A stretch of DNA of 63,806 bases, filler included, from Octopus bimaculoides (lineage: Eukaryota): NCBI RefSeq assembly GCF_001194135.2. It is 5 parts of 5 records of this genome, joined end to end, with 100 filler letters (N's around TTAATTAATTAA, not from the genome) between each part and the next. Parts side by side here need not be neighbours in the genome. Positions count along the whole stretch, not along the records: positions 60,636 to 62,681 come from NC_069010.1; positions 62,782 to 63,806 come from NW_026304111.1; 3 more parts are not named here. One strand, 5' to 3'. This document shows positions 60,949-63,806 of this stretch, in pieces; position 1 is the first letter of the stretch; every line of letters begins with the position of its first letter. The position numbers and the translations under genes are program-made. The notes under the pieces were generated by a model. The model was not told where the DNA came from. It searched no databases and saw only the letters and a program-made list of their open reading frames with translations.

Positions 60949-62020
60949 GTTTAACCATGGGTCCTTCCTGATTCAGGAGACCTATGATCATAGCCTTCAC
61001 ACAGTATGGCCATCCCGTCTTTTATTCATAGTGTATCTCAGACTACACGATCTAATGTGCCCCCCCGCCACCCTTCATTGATGCTGTTTTTAGCCCCAGG
61101 TCAGTCCTGGTCCAGTAGCTCGGGAATTATGATTGAAGGTGTTTCCAGGTGTGACTACCCTGTCTTTTATTCAGGCATTGTGTATCTAGGACTATGTCGT
61201 CTGATGTGTCTGTCCATGTCAGTGATGTTTAGCCTCGAGTCAGTCTCAGTTCAGTAGACCTGTGATCAAATATGTTCCAGTTCTGACCAAAGCTAAGAAC
61301 ACATCAGATAATGTAGTCCTAGATATGCTATGTCAAACAAAAGACAGGATGGTCACAGCTGGAACATCTTTGATGATAGGTCTACTGGACCAGGACTGAC
61401 CCATGGCTAAACAAGGAAAGACACATTAGATCATGAAGTCCTAGATACACTATGCCAGAATAAAAGACAGGATGGTCACAGTTTGAACATCTTTGATCAT
61501 AGGTCTACTGGATCAGGACTGACCTGGGGCTAAACAAGGAATGGCACATAACATAATGTAGTCCTAGATGTACTATGCCTGAATGAAACACAGGATAGGC
61601 TTAGCTGGAACATTTTTGATCATAGGTCTTCCTGGATCAGGACTGACCTAGGGCTAAACTACAGCAACAAGGAAGGACACATTAGATAATGTAGTCCTGG
61701 ATACACTATGCCTGAATAAAAGACAGGATGGTCACATTTGGAACATCTTTGATTATAAGTCTGCTAAGTGAAGACTGACCCGGGGCTAAACAACAACATG
61801 GAACGACACATTGGATAATGTAGTCCTGGATACACTAAGCCTGAATAAAAGACAGGATGGTCACATTTGGAACATCTTTGATCATAAGTCTGTTATGTGA
61901 AGACTGACCTACGGCTAAACAGCAATAAAGAAGGACACATTAGATAATGTGGTCCTAGATACACTATGCCCGAATAAAAGACAGGATGGTCACATTTGGA
62001 ACATCTTTGATCATAGTTCT
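60949..62020. repeat. ~122-133-bp satellite with fold-back arrangement
   Basis: Six + units start at 61307, 61429, 61552, 61685, 61814 and 61943. About three inverted units lie at 60949-61290. Confidence 0.92.
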
Positions 62021-62306
62021 ACCAAGGTACGAAAGTAAAGACGAAAATGAAAGAAGGCCAACAAAAATAAAAGTTACTCACAGTGTAAGAAATGAGGGTT
62101 TCCCTTAGGGAGCTGCCTGCCAAGGAGAAAAGGGGTTCACTGAAGTTTGACATTAGAAGCAGGAACATGGGGAGAACAAAACTGAAGAGAATGAGGATTA
62201 TTTGGTGGAATATTGCTTTGCGGTTGTATTTTCTGGCATTTCTGGAAACAGAATTAAGAGAGTGATTAGTGGTTTCGTTAGTAGTTGCCCTGAGAATCTA
62301 GAGACT

Positions 62307-62544
62307 TCAACTATTTAGCATTTAATCGGGCCATAATATTCAAAATAGTCCAAATACTCTACCTGTTTTATGTTCAAACTGGCCACATCCAGCCTCTCAC
62401 ACTTACCCTACAATGTCATTCTAAAAAAAGGAACGATCACGTCGTTGAAATCTCAGAGCTATGAGATAATGCAGGATTAATTCGAAACAGTGGGATTAAA
62501 TGAGGATTAAATTCGACGGAGTAATCTGAACGCTAAAGGGTTAT
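62307..62544. mobile_element. Possible piggyBac-like MITE
   Basis: The right end AACGCTAAAGGGTTAT is the reverse complement of an (T/A)TAACCCTTTAGC-type TIR. The left end TCAACTATTTAGCATTT is a degenerate match. Confidence 0.5.
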
Positions 62545-62646
62545 ACATACTTAACACATAGGGTGTAGTTTGAGGGAGATTTGACTGCTATTTTTAACAG
62601 GACCAACCTCCATGTAGAGATCTCTCATTACTTCATACATACATAC

Positions 62647-62681
<35 letters not shown>

Positions 62682-62781
62682 NNNNNNNNNNNNNNNNNNN
62701 NNNNNNNNNNNNNNNNNNNNNNNNNTTAATTAATTAANNNNNNNNNNNNNNNNNNNNNNNNNNNNNNNNNNNNNNNNNNNN

Positions 62782-63150
62782 AGAATACATGCCAGTTATC
62801 TCTCGCTTTCTCTATCTATCTATCTATCTATGTCTTTCTCCCTCCTTTAAAAACACATATAAGTTATCTCTCGCTTTCTCCCTCTCTTAAGAATACATGC
62901 CAGTTATCTCTCGCTTTCTCTATCTATCTATCTCTCTCTTTCTCCCTCTCTTAAAAACACATATAAGTCATATCTCGCTTTCTCTCTCTCTCTTTCTCCC
63001 TCCTTTAAAAACACATATCAGTCATCTCTCGCTTTCTCTCTCTCTCTCTCTTTCCTCCTCTCTTAAGAATACATGCCAGTTATCTCTCGCTTTCTCTCTC
63101 TATTTATCTATCTCTTTCTCCCTCCTTTAAAAACACATATCAGTCATCTC

Positions 63151-63191
<41 letters not shown>

Positions 63192-63501
63192 TTCTCCCTC
63201 TCTTAAGAATACATGCCAGTTATCTCTCGCTTTCTCTCTCTCTCTCTATCTCTCACTTTCTCTCTCTATATATATATCTCTCGCTTTCTCTCTCTCTCTA
63301 TATATCTATCTCTTTCTCCCTCTCTTAAAAACACATATCAGTCATCTCTCTAACTATCTCTCTTTCCCCCTCTTTTAAGAATACATGCCAGTTATCTCTC
63401 GCTTTCTCTATCTATCTATCTATCTCTCGCTTTCTCTCTCTCTATCTATCTATCTCTCTTTTTCCCCTCTTTTAAAAACACATATCAGTTATCTCTCGCT
63501 T

Positions 63502-63542
<41 letters not shown>

Positions 63543-63806
63543 CTCTATCTATCTCTTTTAAGAATACATGCCAGTTATCTCTCGCTTTCTCTATCTATCT
63601 ATCTATCTCTCGCTTTCTCTCTCTCTCTATCTATCTCTCTTTCCCTCTCTTTTAAGAATACATGCCAGTTATCTCTCGCTTTCTCTATCTATCTATCTCT
63701 TTCTCCCCCCCTTTAAAAACATATCAGTTATCTCTCGCTTTCTCACTCTCTCTCTCTCTATCTATCTATCTCTTTCTCCCTCTCTTAAAAACACATATCA
63801 GTCATC
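62782..63806. repeat. Compound minisatellite of two subunits joined by variable (CT)/(CTAT) tracts
   Basis: Subunit A AAGAATACATGCCAGTTATCTCTCGCTTTC and subunit B AAAAACACATATCAGTYATCTCTCGCTTTC, mostly alternating, about 15 units. Confidence 0.92.

Noticed and set aside
60949-62020. CRISPR-like array (also 26068-26190)
   Set aside because: These are contiguous diverged tandem units without unique spacers or cas genes, in a eukaryotic context.

Overview
AT-rich, microsatellite-dense eukaryotic DNA from a gappy short-read scaffold. The SINE families suggest an octopus or other cephalopod (inference). No intact protein-coding gene, true tRNA, rRNA or CRISPR array is supported. Most long ORFs in the track are artefacts of N-gaps or simple repeats. 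The recognisable content is decayed mobile DNA: two abundant tRNA-derived SINE families and two rarer ones, about ten fragments of R4/Dong-like RLE retrotransposons (several abutting (TAA)n tracts), Tx1/L1-like and CR1-group LINE remnants, a Penelope-like RT remnant, a Helentron-associated element, and hAT, Tc1 and piggyBac-like MITEs. The most interesting signals are five. (1) Several minimal type-I hammerhead-ribozyme-like folds, best at 7651-7695 and 31862-31898. (2) A non-coding ~0.5 kb element with a shared 5' end sitting in (AAT)n tracts, a possible non-autonomous partner of the R4/Dong elements. (3) A fold-back ~125-bp satellite built from a dispersed repeat. (4) A near-perfect 41-bp hairpin. 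(5) A TTAGGG/CCAAT/CRE-bearing element with an inverted partner. A few isolated splice-bounded open segments may be exons of an unidentified host gene. All family assignments come from reading motifs by eye, not from database searches.
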